Translations under genes and position numbers: made by a program | Part shown: positions 19,973-29,212 of the stretch, piece by piece | Layout: every line of letters begins with the position of its first letter | Numbering within the stretch: position 1 is the first letter of the stretch | NCBI GenBank assembly: GCA_046482545.1 | Contig: JAWOEX010000019.1 | Coordinates: 1-64,000, forward strand | Length of the DNA: 64,000 nucleotides | Source of the DNA: Candidatus Thorarchaeota archaeon | Lineage (GTDB): Archaea > Asgardarchaeota > Thorarchaeia > Thorarchaeales > Thorarchaeaceae | Direction of reading: 5' to 3' | Notes under the pieces: generated by a model | Told to the model about the DNA's origin: nothing | What the model saw: the letters and a program-made list of their open reading frames with translations, nothing else | The model's database searches: none

Positions 19973-21301
19973 TCAGGTGTCCGAGAAACTTCCGAGACTG
20001 CCAACCAGAGAATCCCATGATTGGAAAAGCCTCGCTACGGGAAAGGCTTCATTGAAGTATTTGTTATGCTCCAAATCAACATACTGTGCGTGCCGTGCTA
20101 ACTGTTCGCATATCCGTCGTGTGTCACTTGAGCATAAAATCGCCGCTGCCCCCAAACTAGCTCCATGATCTCTCGCTACATGCTTCGTATTTTCGAAATC
20201 TGGGAGCATGCCTATCCTTCTTGCAGCTTCGATATCCAGCGAGGAGCCAAATGAACCTGTTGTGTGGACCTGACTAACTTGCGATTCAGTGATTTCAGCC
20301 TCTCTCAATAGGGCAACTACCCCGGCCGCCACTGCGGATTTGGCAAGCTGTAATGCTCGAATTTCGGGTTGAGTTATGTAGATTGCTTCACCCGTGAGAG
20401 TCTCTTCTTTGGTGGCAACGGTGTAGTAGTATATTGACCCTGACGCTTTGATTTGACCACTATCCGAATCACGGTTCAACGTACCTGTTCTATTGAGCAA
20501 ACCTGTTTGCAGCATCTCTGAAAGTAAAGAGATTACCCCGGACCCGCAGATGCCCGAAGGTTTGTTCCCATCGATAACACTGCATTCCGTGCTGAGGGTG
20601 TCAGGTTCTATGTGAATTCCATCAATCGCACCGGGAGATGCCTCAGCTCCACATTCGAGTGACATGCTTTCGAAGGCGGGGCCAGATGCTACCGAAGCAG
20701 CCCATATCTTCGCTCCGTCCCACATCAGTAGCTCAGTATTTACTCCAATATCCATGATTAAAACTGGCTTCTTACGTTCCCAGACTCTCGCTGCAGCAAC
20801 ATTCGCACAGGAATCAGCTCCAACAAATGCGTCTATTAGTGGAGGAGAATAGAGCAATGTAGAAGATGCAGAGGTTAGCCCTGTATCTCGGGCAGTGGTT
20901 GCTATAGGGGCACATGAATAGGGGGTATAAGGAGTGTCAAGAAGCGAACCGAGTTCGAGACCATAGAAGAGGTGATGCATTACCGTGTTACCTACCAAAA
21001 CTATCTCTCCTAGATCCTCTGTCTTGACTTGGTTGCGTTTCATTATGTCCTTTAATGTGAAATCAATAGTTGCGACTGTGACTAATCGCAATTTTTCTGT
21101 TTGCATTGGTGATGATACAGCATATCTGGCACGAGATATGATATCGAGGCCTGCAAATGATTGAGGATTAGGTACTACTCGCTCAGCAAGAGGGGTGCTA
21201 TCACCACAACTAACAAGTCTGAAAACTATGTTAGATGTGCCAATGTCCACGGTCAATCCAAGCATTGCCAACGCAACCTTGTAATTCAGGGTGCTATCCA
21301 A
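19973..21301 (-). CDS. ASKHA-domain protein (DUF4445; RACo/RamA-like corrinoid activator family)
   Basis: DIGTS, GNTVMHHL, FVGAD, DIGVNTE, GPAFE, GICGSG. Confidence 0.85.
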   Translation of the reverse strand: MDSTLNYKVALAMLGLTVDIGTSNIVFRLVSCGDSTPLAERVVPNPQSFAGLDIISRARYAVSSPMQTEKLRLVTVATIDFTLKDIMKRNQVKTEDLGEIVLVGNTVMHHLFYGLELGSLLDTPYTPYSCAPIATTARDTGLTSASSTLLYSPPLIDAFVGADSCANVAAARVWERKKPVLIMDIGVNTELLMWDGAKIWAASVASGPAFESMSLECGAEASPGAIDGIHIEPDTLSTECSVIDGNKPSGICGSGVISLLSEMLQTGLLNRTGTLNRDSDSGQIKASGSIYYYTVATKEETLTGEAIYITQPEIRALQLAKSAVAAGVVALLREAEITESQVSQVHTTGSFGSSLDIEAARRIGMLPDFENTKHVARDHGASLGAAAILCSSDTRRICEQLARHAQYVDLEHNKYFNEAFPVARLFQSWDSLVGSLGSFSDT

Positions 21302-21320
21302 AGCAAGACCAAATGAATAT

Positions 21321-21770
21321 CTATCTCACAAGCATAACTGGACATTTTGCATGGTTGGTGACCTTATCGCTTATAGAACCAACAAAGAACCGCTTGATAC
21401 CACTAAGGCCCCGTGAACCCATTATGATAATATCTGCGTCTTTCTCATCCGCAATTTCAATGATGCGGCTTGCGGGGTCACCATGATCAAGCAAATCAGT
21501 GACTTCACAACCAAGATTAGAAGCAAGCGTCTTAGCTTTTGTCAATATATCCTCACCTACCTTTTCGAGCGCAAGAAACGGCTGGTCTGACACAGTATCT
21601 TGATAGGGAGTTGCTGATACAAGCATCGGAACCACATGAAGGAGAATCACTTCTGCATCCATACTAGGTCCTATTGAGCAAGCATACTGCACCGCCTTGT
21701 CTGAGTGTTCTGATCCATCAACTGCGACAACTATTGTCTCTATATCAACTGGCTTTACTTCCTCACTCAT
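21321..21770 (-). CDS. Universal stress protein
   Basis: VAVDGS, GSRG....FVGSIS..V...AKCPVMLV. Confidence 0.92.
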   Translation of the reverse strand: MSEEVKPVDIETIVVAVDGSEHSDKAVQYACSIGPSMDAEVILLHVVPMLVSATPYQDTVSDQPFLALEKVGEDILTKAKTLASNLGCEVTDLLDHGDPASRIIEIADEKDADIIIMGSRGLSGIKRFFVGSISDKVTNHAKCPVMLVR

Positions 21771-21871
21771 CGGACATCCTCTGGCTCCTTTTTAGCTGCA
21801 TACCTTATCTCTCTTTCCGATAGAGATAAGTTTGGATCTTCCCTATATTGTTATGTTGTTGGTGAAAGAAA

Positions 21872-22105
21872 TTGAGAATAGCAGGAACTAGGTATTCCAT
21901 GAGTCGGGAAGGAGATGCAATAGAGCTCAAAAAACAGGGACAAAGAGTTCAAACATTCGACGTCAAAGAAAAAACAGCTACAGAAATTGCTGAAAACATC
22001 CAGATGACATTACGAAGAAAAGGTGTCATTGTGCAGAAGTCACTGCTGGAGGATAATATCCGCGAATTTTTCCCGAATGCCCGTAAATACGGAGTCCTAA
22101 AATAG
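21872..22105 (+). CDS. Small hypothetical protein
   Basis: 77-aa ORF filling the gap; start uncertain. Confidence 0.6.
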   Translation: MRIAGTRYSMSREGDAIELKKQGQRVQTFDVKEKTATEIAENIQMTLRRKGVIVQKSLLEDNIREFFPNARKYGVLK

Positions 22106-22109
22106 GAAA

Positions 22110-23639
22110 TCAGTTCTCATTTTCAAGTAGTACTTGGAAATCCTTCTTCCCTTGAACCAAGTCAGTGAGTACCGAAACCAATTCATCTCTATGCCTGCGA
22201 ATCTGTTTCATGCTTTCGATTTCGCGTATCGTAACAGTTCCGTCTTCAAGCGTATCATAGTCTATAGTTACACAGAATGGCGTACCAATCTCGTCTTGCC
22301 TTCGATATCTCCTGCCGATTGAACCACTATAGTCAAACTGGCAAATCAGACCGCTTTCAGAAATATCTTCATAAATCTCCTTGGCCGGTTTCATCAGTTT
22401 GTCTTTGCTCATCAGTGGAAATACAGCTACTTGGACAGGTGCAACCTCCGGCTTGAATTTCAACCACACACGCTTACCGTCCTTTCTATAAGCATTGTCG
22501 ATAAGACAATACAACGGTCGTTCCACACCAAAAGCTATCTCAAGCACGTTCGGTACAACCTTCTTGTCACCGACATTCACAGTCATGGTTTCACCAGAAT
22601 ACTCTTGATGACGCTTCAAATCGTAGTCGCCACGATCATGGACGCCGCAACACTCAATCCAACCGAAGCTATCTGTATGAATCTCGACGTCCCATGCGTC
22701 CTTTGCATAGTGAGCCCGTTCATCAGGCAGATGCTGGCGCAATCTCATATTCGAATTGGTGAATCCCATACCGCTGAATATCTCATAGGCGAGGTAAACG
22801 CACCATGCATATGCTTGGGTTTCGAAATATCCGCTTTCTTTAGCTTCTGCAACCTTTGTCATCGATACCTCCGCGTTAGTATTCTCAAGCTGAGCTTCTG
22901 CAGGTAGCAAAGGAATCTCGATATCATCGATTTCTTCATAATCCGCCCAGTCCTTCTCATCTTCCTCAGTAATGAAAATCTGGCCCTCAACTTGAGTGAA
23001 CTCTCTCAGTCTGAGAAGTCCCTGTCGAGGAGATATCTCGTTTCTGTAGGCCTTTCCTATCTGGAAGACTGAAGCTGGTAGTTTGTCCCGGAAGAAAGTC
23101 ATCAGCCGTTTGAACAAGAGATATGTTGTTGTTGCTGTTTCCGGTCTCAAGTAAGCCTCTTGAGCCAGTCCAAGCCGCGTTTTGAGCATGAGATTGTACG
23201 ATTCGACTTCTCCGAACGGACCAGAACATGACGGGCATTCGAGTTCAAGTTCTCGAATAGTATCCGACATCTCTTCAAGGCTCATACCCTCGACTTTGAT
23301 ATCTGGCGCTTCTTCTTTAATCAGAGAATCAGCTCGATAGGTTTGATCACACTTCTCGCAGGTGACTATAGGATCAATGAAACCTTCAAGATGACCAGAA
23401 GCCTCCCATACTTCTCGCGGGGCTACTGTTGGGCTTTCGATTTCCCAAAAATCAGCCTTGACAAATTCCTTACGAATTCCGCTCTCAAGACGATTCTTGA
23501 GAAGTTTGCCAAGGGGACCCAAGTCGTAAAAGCCGGAGCTTCCACCATAGATTTCGGGAGATGGACCCCAAAAAAATCCTCTCTTAATTGCTAGAGCGGA
23601 AATAACGTCGCTGAAATCTTTGTCTCCGGACATGAACAA
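22110..23639 (-). CDS. glyS: Glycine--tRNA ligase (archaeal/eukaryotic alpha2 type)
   Basis: LRPETA, RNEISPRQGLLRLREF, ERAHYA, SIGRRYRRQDEIGTP. Confidence 0.95.
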   Translation of the reverse strand: MFMSGDKDFSDVISALAIKRGFFWGPSPEIYGGSSGFYDLGPLGKLLKNRLESGIRKEFVKADFWEIESPTVAPREVWEASGHLEGFIDPIVTCEKCDQTYRADSLIKEEAPDIKVEGMSLEEMSDTIRELELECPSCSGPFGEVESYNLMLKTRLGLAQEAYLRPETATTTYLLFKRLMTFFRDKLPASVFQIGKAYRNEISPRQGLLRLREFTQVEGQIFITEEDEKDWADYEEIDDIEIPLLPAEAQLENTNAEVSMTKVAEAKESGYFETQAYAWCVYLAYEIFSGMGFTNSNMRLRQHLPDERAHYAKDAWDVEIHTDSFGWIECCGVHDRGDYDLKRHQEYSGETMTVNVGDKKVVPNVLEIAFGVERPLYCLIDNAYRKDGKRVWLKFKPEVAPVQVAVFPLMSKDKLMKPAKEIYEDISESGLICQFDYSGSIGRRYRRQDEIGTPFCVTIDYDTLEDGTVTIREIESMKQIRRHRDELVSVLTDLVQGKKDFQVLLENEN

Positions 23640-23776
23640 CTACCATTTCCCACGCAGTATTCTGATTGTCTTAAGTCTAACGAAGCATCATCTCTCATCT
23701 TTTATCATATGGGACATCCTTCCACCCCCAGCACTCTTATTAGGATAGAGACTTTGCGGAAATGTGCGGTGGTAAT

Positions 23777-25042
23777 ATGGTCGATGATTCAAGGTTATCT
23801 GGTTTCTACAATCTTCCCCGAGAAGAAAGAATCAACAAACTCATGAAATTAACCGGTCTAGATGGAGAAGCTCTTGGCCCACTGATAGATCCGGGTCGAG
23901 TTGAGATGGGTATTCTGGACCATATGATCGAGAATGTAATTGGTTCAATGACACTTCCACTTGGAATCGCAACCAACTTCAAAATCAACGGCTCTGACTA
24001 CTTGGTTCCAATGGCAATAGAAGAACCTTCAGTAGTTGCCGCAGCAAGCCATGCAGCCAAGATTGCTAGGGTCCATGGTGGTTTTACGGCAATCCAAAGA
24101 GACTCAGTGATGATTGCTCAGATTCAAGCAGTTAACGTTCCATCACCCCATTCCGCAAGAGTTGATGTATTGAATTCTAAGGATGAAATACTTGAGCTTG
24201 CAAATGAACAAGACCCGATTCTTGTCAAATTGGGTGGAGGAGCCAAAGATTTGCGGACCCGTGTCATTCATACTTTCCGTGGGCCAATGATGATCACCGA
24301 GCTCCTAGTAGACACGAAGGATGCCATGGGAGCAAATGCAGTTAACACAATGGCTGAAGCAGTAGCTCCTCTCATCGAGAGGATTACAGGCGGAAGAATC
24401 CTTTTGCGCATACTTTCAAATCTTGCTGACAGAAGGTTGGTCCATGCTAGCGCCAAATTTGATGCAGAAGAATTGGGTGGAGAAGAAGTTGTTGATGGGA
24501 TTCTTGATGCTTGGGCATTTGCAGAAGCAGATCCGTACAGATGTGCGACACATAACAAAGGAATCATGAATGGGATAGACGCAGTTGTAATCGCTACAGG
24601 CAACGATTTTCGAGCCATTGAGTCTGGAGCACATAGCTTCGCATCAATAGGGGGGTACAGTAGCCTCACAAAATACGAGAAAGCTGAAGATGGTAACTTA
24701 ATTGGCTCTATAGAACTACCTCTGGCACTGGGTCTTGTTGGAGGAGCAACTAAAGTACACCCCGTTGCAAGAACATGCGTTGACATCTTAGGTGTCGAAA
24801 GCGCACGAGAGCTTGCAGAAGTAACCGCAAGCGTAGGATTAGCCCAAAATCTTGCTGCTCTACGAGCCTTGGCTTCTGAAGGTATACAGGAAGGTCACAT
24901 GGCTTTGCACGCGAGAAATGTTGCAGCAACGGCTGGGGCGTCTGGTGAAGAAATTCAAAAAGTAGCGGATATTCTTGTAGAAGAAGAAAAAATCAACACT
25001 GAAAGAGCAACCGAGATTCTTCAAGAATTGCGCAAATCATAG
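23777..25042 (+). CDS. mvaA: Hydroxymethylglutaryl-CoA reductase, class II
   Basis: MIENVIG, EEPSVVAA, DAMGAN, THNKGIMNG, GIQEGHMALHA. Confidence 0.93.
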   Translation: MVDDSRLSGFYNLPREERINKLMKLTGLDGEALGPLIDPGRVEMGILDHMIENVIGSMTLPLGIATNFKINGSDYLVPMAIEEPSVVAAASHAAKIARVHGGFTAIQRDSVMIAQIQAVNVPSPHSARVDVLNSKDEILELANEQDPILVKLGGGAKDLRTRVIHTFRGPMMITELLVDTKDAMGANAVNTMAEAVAPLIERITGGRILLRILSNLADRRLVHASAKFDAEELGGEEVVDGILDAWAFAEADPYRCATHNKGIMNGIDAVVIATGNDFRAIESGAHSFASIGGYSSLTKYEKAEDGNLIGSIELPLALGLVGGATKVHPVARTCVDILGVESARELAEVTASVGLAQNLAALRALASEGIQEGHMALHARNVAATAGASGEEIQKVADILVEEEKINTERATEILQELRKS

Positions 25043-25231
25043 AGCGTGACTAGATAAGCATTAGAAAGAGAAAACTCGTCAGTATGAAATCTCAAAATGC
25101 GGGGCCACCATAATCGTGTGTATCTGTCGAAATGGTTCATCAACACAACATATTTCTGTTACTCAAGCAACCATAATAACGAGTATGGGCTCTTGCCATA
25201 ACCTAATGGAGCCCACCCAAACGGGGTTAGA

Positions 25232-25990
25232 TTGAATATGGAACAGGATTGTAGCCAGTGGGAACGGCTAGCCGGTGAGTTTGCTGAAGTTGAGAAGTTC
25301 TATCAGGCAGCCAATCAGTATGAACAGGCCGCAGCATGCTATCTTGATAGGGTCGAGGAAATGACTCGAAATTCAGCTGAAAACTATCACATCTACGCAG
25401 AGGTAAGCCTAGAAAAAGATGATCATAAGTCTGCAGCTCAAGGATATTTCGAAGCAGCAACTCAATACAGGCAAATTAGCGAGCACGATACAGCCCTTAC
25501 GCTTTTTGAGAATGCCGCCAAAGAAGCACTTCTGGAAAGAATGACTGAAACCGCTGCTCAGGCGTATCTATGGGCAGCATATGCCTGCCACAAGTTGGGC
25601 AACAAGGAATACTTCTTAACATGTGCCAAGAATATGGGTAATCTGTACAAGGAAGCGGCAAAGAAAGCACTTGACGCGGGTAAAGCGGAGAGAGCCGTCA
25701 TTGATCTCTCGCTGGCGGCAATGGGATTTGCGACCATTGAGCGTATGGAAGACGCCCGCGAAGAAATAGAGAAAGCCCGTCGAATCATTGGCAAGACTAG
25801 ATGGGTTTGGCTCAAGACACTATTGCAATTCAGCGATGCGCTAACTGAGAATAATCTGGATAAGGCAGATGAGCTTCTTGAAAATTTCGATGAAGAAAAG
25901 ACAATTCAAGAGGTTATGGGCGCATGCCTGAACATCCGTGAAGAAATAGAAAGAAGAAGAAGGAGAGAAGAACTGGCTGCAGAGTCGTGA
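25232..25990 (+). CDS. Alpha-helical repeat protein, alpha-SNAP/TPR-like
   Basis: Repeating AAxxY/FxxAA helical pattern. Confidence 0.7.
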   Translation: MNMEQDCSQWERLAGEFAEVEKFYQAANQYEQAAACYLDRVEEMTRNSAENYHIYAEVSLEKDDHKSAAQGYFEAATQYRQISEHDTALTLFENAAKEALLERMTETAAQAYLWAAYACHKLGNKEYFLTCAKNMGNLYKEAAKKALDAGKAERAVIDLSLAAMGFATIERMEDAREEIEKARRIIGKTRWVWLKTLLQFSDALTENNLDKADELLENFDEEKTIQEVMGACLNIREEIERRRRREELAAES

Positions 25991-25992
25991 TA

Positions 25993-27255
25993 TCAGTCCA
26001 CAAATACCTGCAGCGTTTCAGAGGCTAAGACTTCTCCTTCAGCATCTCGAACGAATACAGATGCTCTTTCTTGTCCCTCAGCTGCACCCCGCAGATAAAG
26101 CTGGAATCTCATTTGTTCACCTACTCCAACGAAATTGATTGATTTGCTGTTGCTCCCAACTGCAACTTCAATGCCAGGAGAGGTCTCGAAAACCAAATCA
26201 ATATCGTTAGCCGGGCCAGAGCCTTCGTTACTAAGTGTGATATCGAACACTACTTCTTCGCCCAAACCACAAGAGACTTCTTCGGGGTGGATATCAATGT
26301 CTAGGCTCGGAGGCGCAGGTGCGATTCTGAAAGAAATCTTATTGCTCCGTTTATGAACCAAAACCTCTTCTCCTTCCAAAGTCATTCTCACTGGACCGAG
26401 AGAACCATCACCACTTAGAGTCGGCTCAACCCTTAGAAGCCAGGACTTCTGTTTCGAAGGTGGTCGTTCAATTTCGGGCTCGTTTGAGAGTCGGATACTA
26501 TTGGACAACGAGAAGCGATAATCCGTTACCTTCACTGGCACAGGACAGGTGTAATGAATCTCAAATTCCAGTTCTTGCTTGGCTCTGACTTCTCTTTGTG
26601 CGGGACCTGCCCATTCTAATAACAAATCAGTATCGCTTGCGTACTTGAAGGAACTAGATAGAAAACTAATGGCTTCTTTTTCCTCTGAAGCCAATCCGGA
26701 TTTCTTAAGAAATCGAGAAAATTCCTTCTGGTCAGCACTTTCACCTTCAAAAAGAACAGAAACGCACAGACGAGCCAATCTGAATGATGCCAAGTCAGAG
26801 GCTAAGTTCGGGGTAATTCTCTTTTCAGCCTTTCTAAGAAGATTGACAGCTGTATCGAAATTCCGGGACAAAAGGCGGCAAAGAATCGCCATGGATATCG
26901 TTCGACCAGAGCCTTTGGCATGCCCTCCACGGTTGAAATGATCGGACGTTTCCGAATAGAGAACAGCTGCTTCATCATATCTCTTATCACGAATAAGCGC
27001 TTTAGCCGCCGTCCGTTTAAGATGGCCAACCCGCTTGTGATTGTCCATTTCCAATGAACAATAAGCTGCTTCTCGGAAATACTTGATTGCAAAATCAATC
27101 TCATCTGCTTTAAGGAAAAGATTGGCTGCCTTCTCATATTCGGTGCTGGCATAATCGGGATAATTCTGCTCCCATTCTTCTATTGCCCGATCAATATGTT
27201 TCTTTGCTCGATCAACCGGGTCTCTATTCAGAATTTTGTCAAGGAAATCAAACAT
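25993..27255 (-). CDS. Alpha-SNAP/TPR-like solenoid fused to two Ig-like beta domains
   Basis: N-terminal A..Y..AA repeats; C-terminal beta-rich region with ITLSNEGSGPA CARDB/Ig-like motif. Confidence 0.7.
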   Translation of the reverse strand: MFDFLDKILNRDPVDRAKKHIDRAIEEWEQNYPDYASTEYEKAANLFLKADEIDFAIKYFREAAYCSLEMDNHKRVGHLKRTAAKALIRDKRYDEAAVLYSETSDHFNRGGHAKGSGRTISMAILCRLLSRNFDTAVNLLRKAEKRITPNLASDLASFRLARLCVSVLFEGESADQKEFSRFLKKSGLASEEKEAISFLSSSFKYASDTDLLLEWAGPAQREVRAKQELEFEIHYTCPVPVKVTDYRFSLSNSIRLSNEPEIERPPSKQKSWLLRVEPTLSGDGSLGPVRMTLEGEEVLVHKRSNKISFRIAPAPPSLDIDIHPEEVSCGLGEEVVFDITLSNEGSGPANDIDLVFETSPGIEVAVGSNSKSINFVGVGEQMRFQLYLRGAAEGQERASVFVRDAEGEVLASETLQVFVD

Positions 27256-27331
27256 CGATTCTCTTCTCCGTGCCTTCCGTTACATTCGAATAGTCATACC
27301 GTTTTATGGATTACGCCTCAGGTGGATAAAC

Positions 27332-28546
27332 ATGAAGGAACTACCGCCGTATTGGACCGATCCGTATAAAGCTCATTTCGAAATAACTATTCTAGACGTA
27401 CGAGAAACGAAAAGAGTCACTGAAATAACTATCAAGGAGCCAGTAGTACGATCTGCTGGGGGCGGCCAAGCTGGTGACAGGGGTATTTTGTATACTGAAG
27501 AACAGGACATCCAGTTTCTGGACACTAGAAAACATGGAGAAAATACTGTATTGATTGCAGATCAAGCTCCTCTAACGGGTCAGAAACACAACTTGGCGAT
27601 TGACTGGGAGTGGAGATATGGGATGATGAAGAATCATACTGCAGAGCATCTTTTTGTCGCCCAGTTGCTAAAGATGCATCCAGATATTTTGGTCTCTGAA
27701 CTATGGATTGATGGTGAGAACGGAAGCATTGTACTCGACGAAGCTGATTTTGAAATCAAGGATTTGCTGATAGCGGAAAATGAAGTTCAGAAGATGATTG
27801 AACGGAGTATTCCGATATCAACGGAATTGGTCGAATCCCAAGCGGTGGATGACGAAGTAAGAGTAAGGAAAGGAGCACTTGAAAGGCATGACGAACTACG
27901 CGTTGTCAGAATTGGTGAGCATGATAAGTCAGCCTGCTCAGGAACGCATGTGAAGAATACAGAGGAAATTCGAGCTTTCAAGATCGTTGATTATCAAATA
28001 TCAGAAAGCTCTGTTCATGTAGAGTTTGTAACGGCCGCTAAGGCTATTGGCATTCTATCGAGAACCTACAACGCCGCACTGCGGAGGAAACACACCGTTC
28101 CATTTGAGATGGAACAACTGGGACACATCCTAGACAAGTATTGTGCTTTGCAATCTAATCACCAAAGAATGACGGAAAAAATCAAATCAGTAGTTCCGGA
28201 CTTAGTTGAAACCGTTACAAGTGGAGAGACTAATATCCTTCATGATGTATTACCCGGATTTGATACCAAGGCATTAAGGGACGCTGCATTGAATCTTAAT
28301 CCCGCTAAGCCAGCACTGATAATTCTTTTCTCACCAGGGGATACATCACATGTCGTTGTTCGATCAGTAGGATTAGAACGAGAAGCGAAATTCTATGTTG
28401 AAGGTATTGTTGAATCTTTAGGAGGTAAAGGTGGAGGTGGTGGAGATATTTATACCGGCGGCTTCAGCTCTTCTGAAGACCCCTATTCAGTCTATGACAA
28501 TCTTGTTTCCAAAGCAATAAAGAAAATGCGAAAGAGTGCCAATTAA
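27332..28546 (+). CDS. alaX: Alanyl-tRNA editing protein AlaX with C-terminal DHHA1-like domain
   Basis: GGGQAGDRG, HTAEH, CSGTH zinc motifs, GGKGGGG. Confidence 0.88.
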   Translation: MKELPPYWTDPYKAHFEITILDVRETKRVTEITIKEPVVRSAGGGQAGDRGILYTEEQDIQFLDTRKHGENTVLIADQAPLTGQKHNLAIDWEWRYGMMKNHTAEHLFVAQLLKMHPDILVSELWIDGENGSIVLDEADFEIKDLLIAENEVQKMIERSIPISTELVESQAVDDEVRVRKGALERHDELRVVRIGEHDKSACSGTHVKNTEEIRAFKIVDYQISESSVHVEFVTAAKAIGILSRTYNAALRRKHTVPFEMEQLGHILDKYCALQSNHQRMTEKIKSVVPDLVETVTSGETNILHDVLPGFDTKALRDAALNLNPAKPALIILFSPGDTSHVVVRSVGLEREAKFYVEGIVESLGGKGGGGGDIYTGGFSSSEDPYSVYDNLVSKAIKKMRKSAN

Positions 28547-29019
28547 TCTAGGTTATGCTTCTGAGCTATTTCAGCCCAGAATTTCTTCACAGCCCACGGC
28601 ACAGCTAGGAACTCTGCTCTGAATGCATCGAAATTCAGTCCCTGCACCATCATTTCCTGCGATGTCCCTATAACCTCTTGATCCTCATCAAAATCAAAAC
28701 AGACTTCTGCATACTTCCTGTTTGCTGCTAGAAGATCTTGTAATACTTCGCTTTTCTTATCATCTGAAATTTGGTCAAGCGGATATACGTCACAGTACAC
28801 CTGAACCCATTTTTCGGTCAAGAGCACATTGATCTTGTAGCGGAAGTGATCCTCTTCCTCCGTGACCATAGGACTAGCTGGAATCTCATCCTTCCGTTCT
28901 TTGAAGACCAGCTCAAAGACATTTTTTTCTTCGTTCCAATAATGTTTCATATCAAGAAGGTCTAAGTAGGACTCGACCTGTTCTTTAACCCAGATAGCCT
29001 TCGACTTGTTTTCATTCAT
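28543..29019 (-). CDS. Hypothetical protein, YbjN/chaperone-like fold possible
   Basis: 158 aa; LL.AN......F..D pattern. Confidence 0.6.
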   Translation of the reverse strand: MNENKSKAIWVKEQVESYLDLLDMKHYWNEEKNVFELVFKERKDEIPASPMVTEEEDHFRYKINVLLTEKWVQVYCDVYPLDQISDDKKSEVLQDLLAANRKYAEVCFDFDEDQEVIGTSQEMMVQGLNFDAFRAEFLAVPWAVKKFWAEIAQKHNLD

Positions 29020-29212
29020 GAGTTGCCCGCCTGAGTCTTAATTAAGGTCTCTTATGATTAAAGGTTTCCGCGGTATATGCATGCATAATACTTTCGGTAC
29101 ACCCCCTCCACGCAGTCTTTGTAGGTTTACATAGAGAAAAAGGTTACAGAATCCAAATAGAAGATCTCGTTGGTGAATAGACGTAGATCCACCCCAGTAG
29201 GGACGAGTCTCT

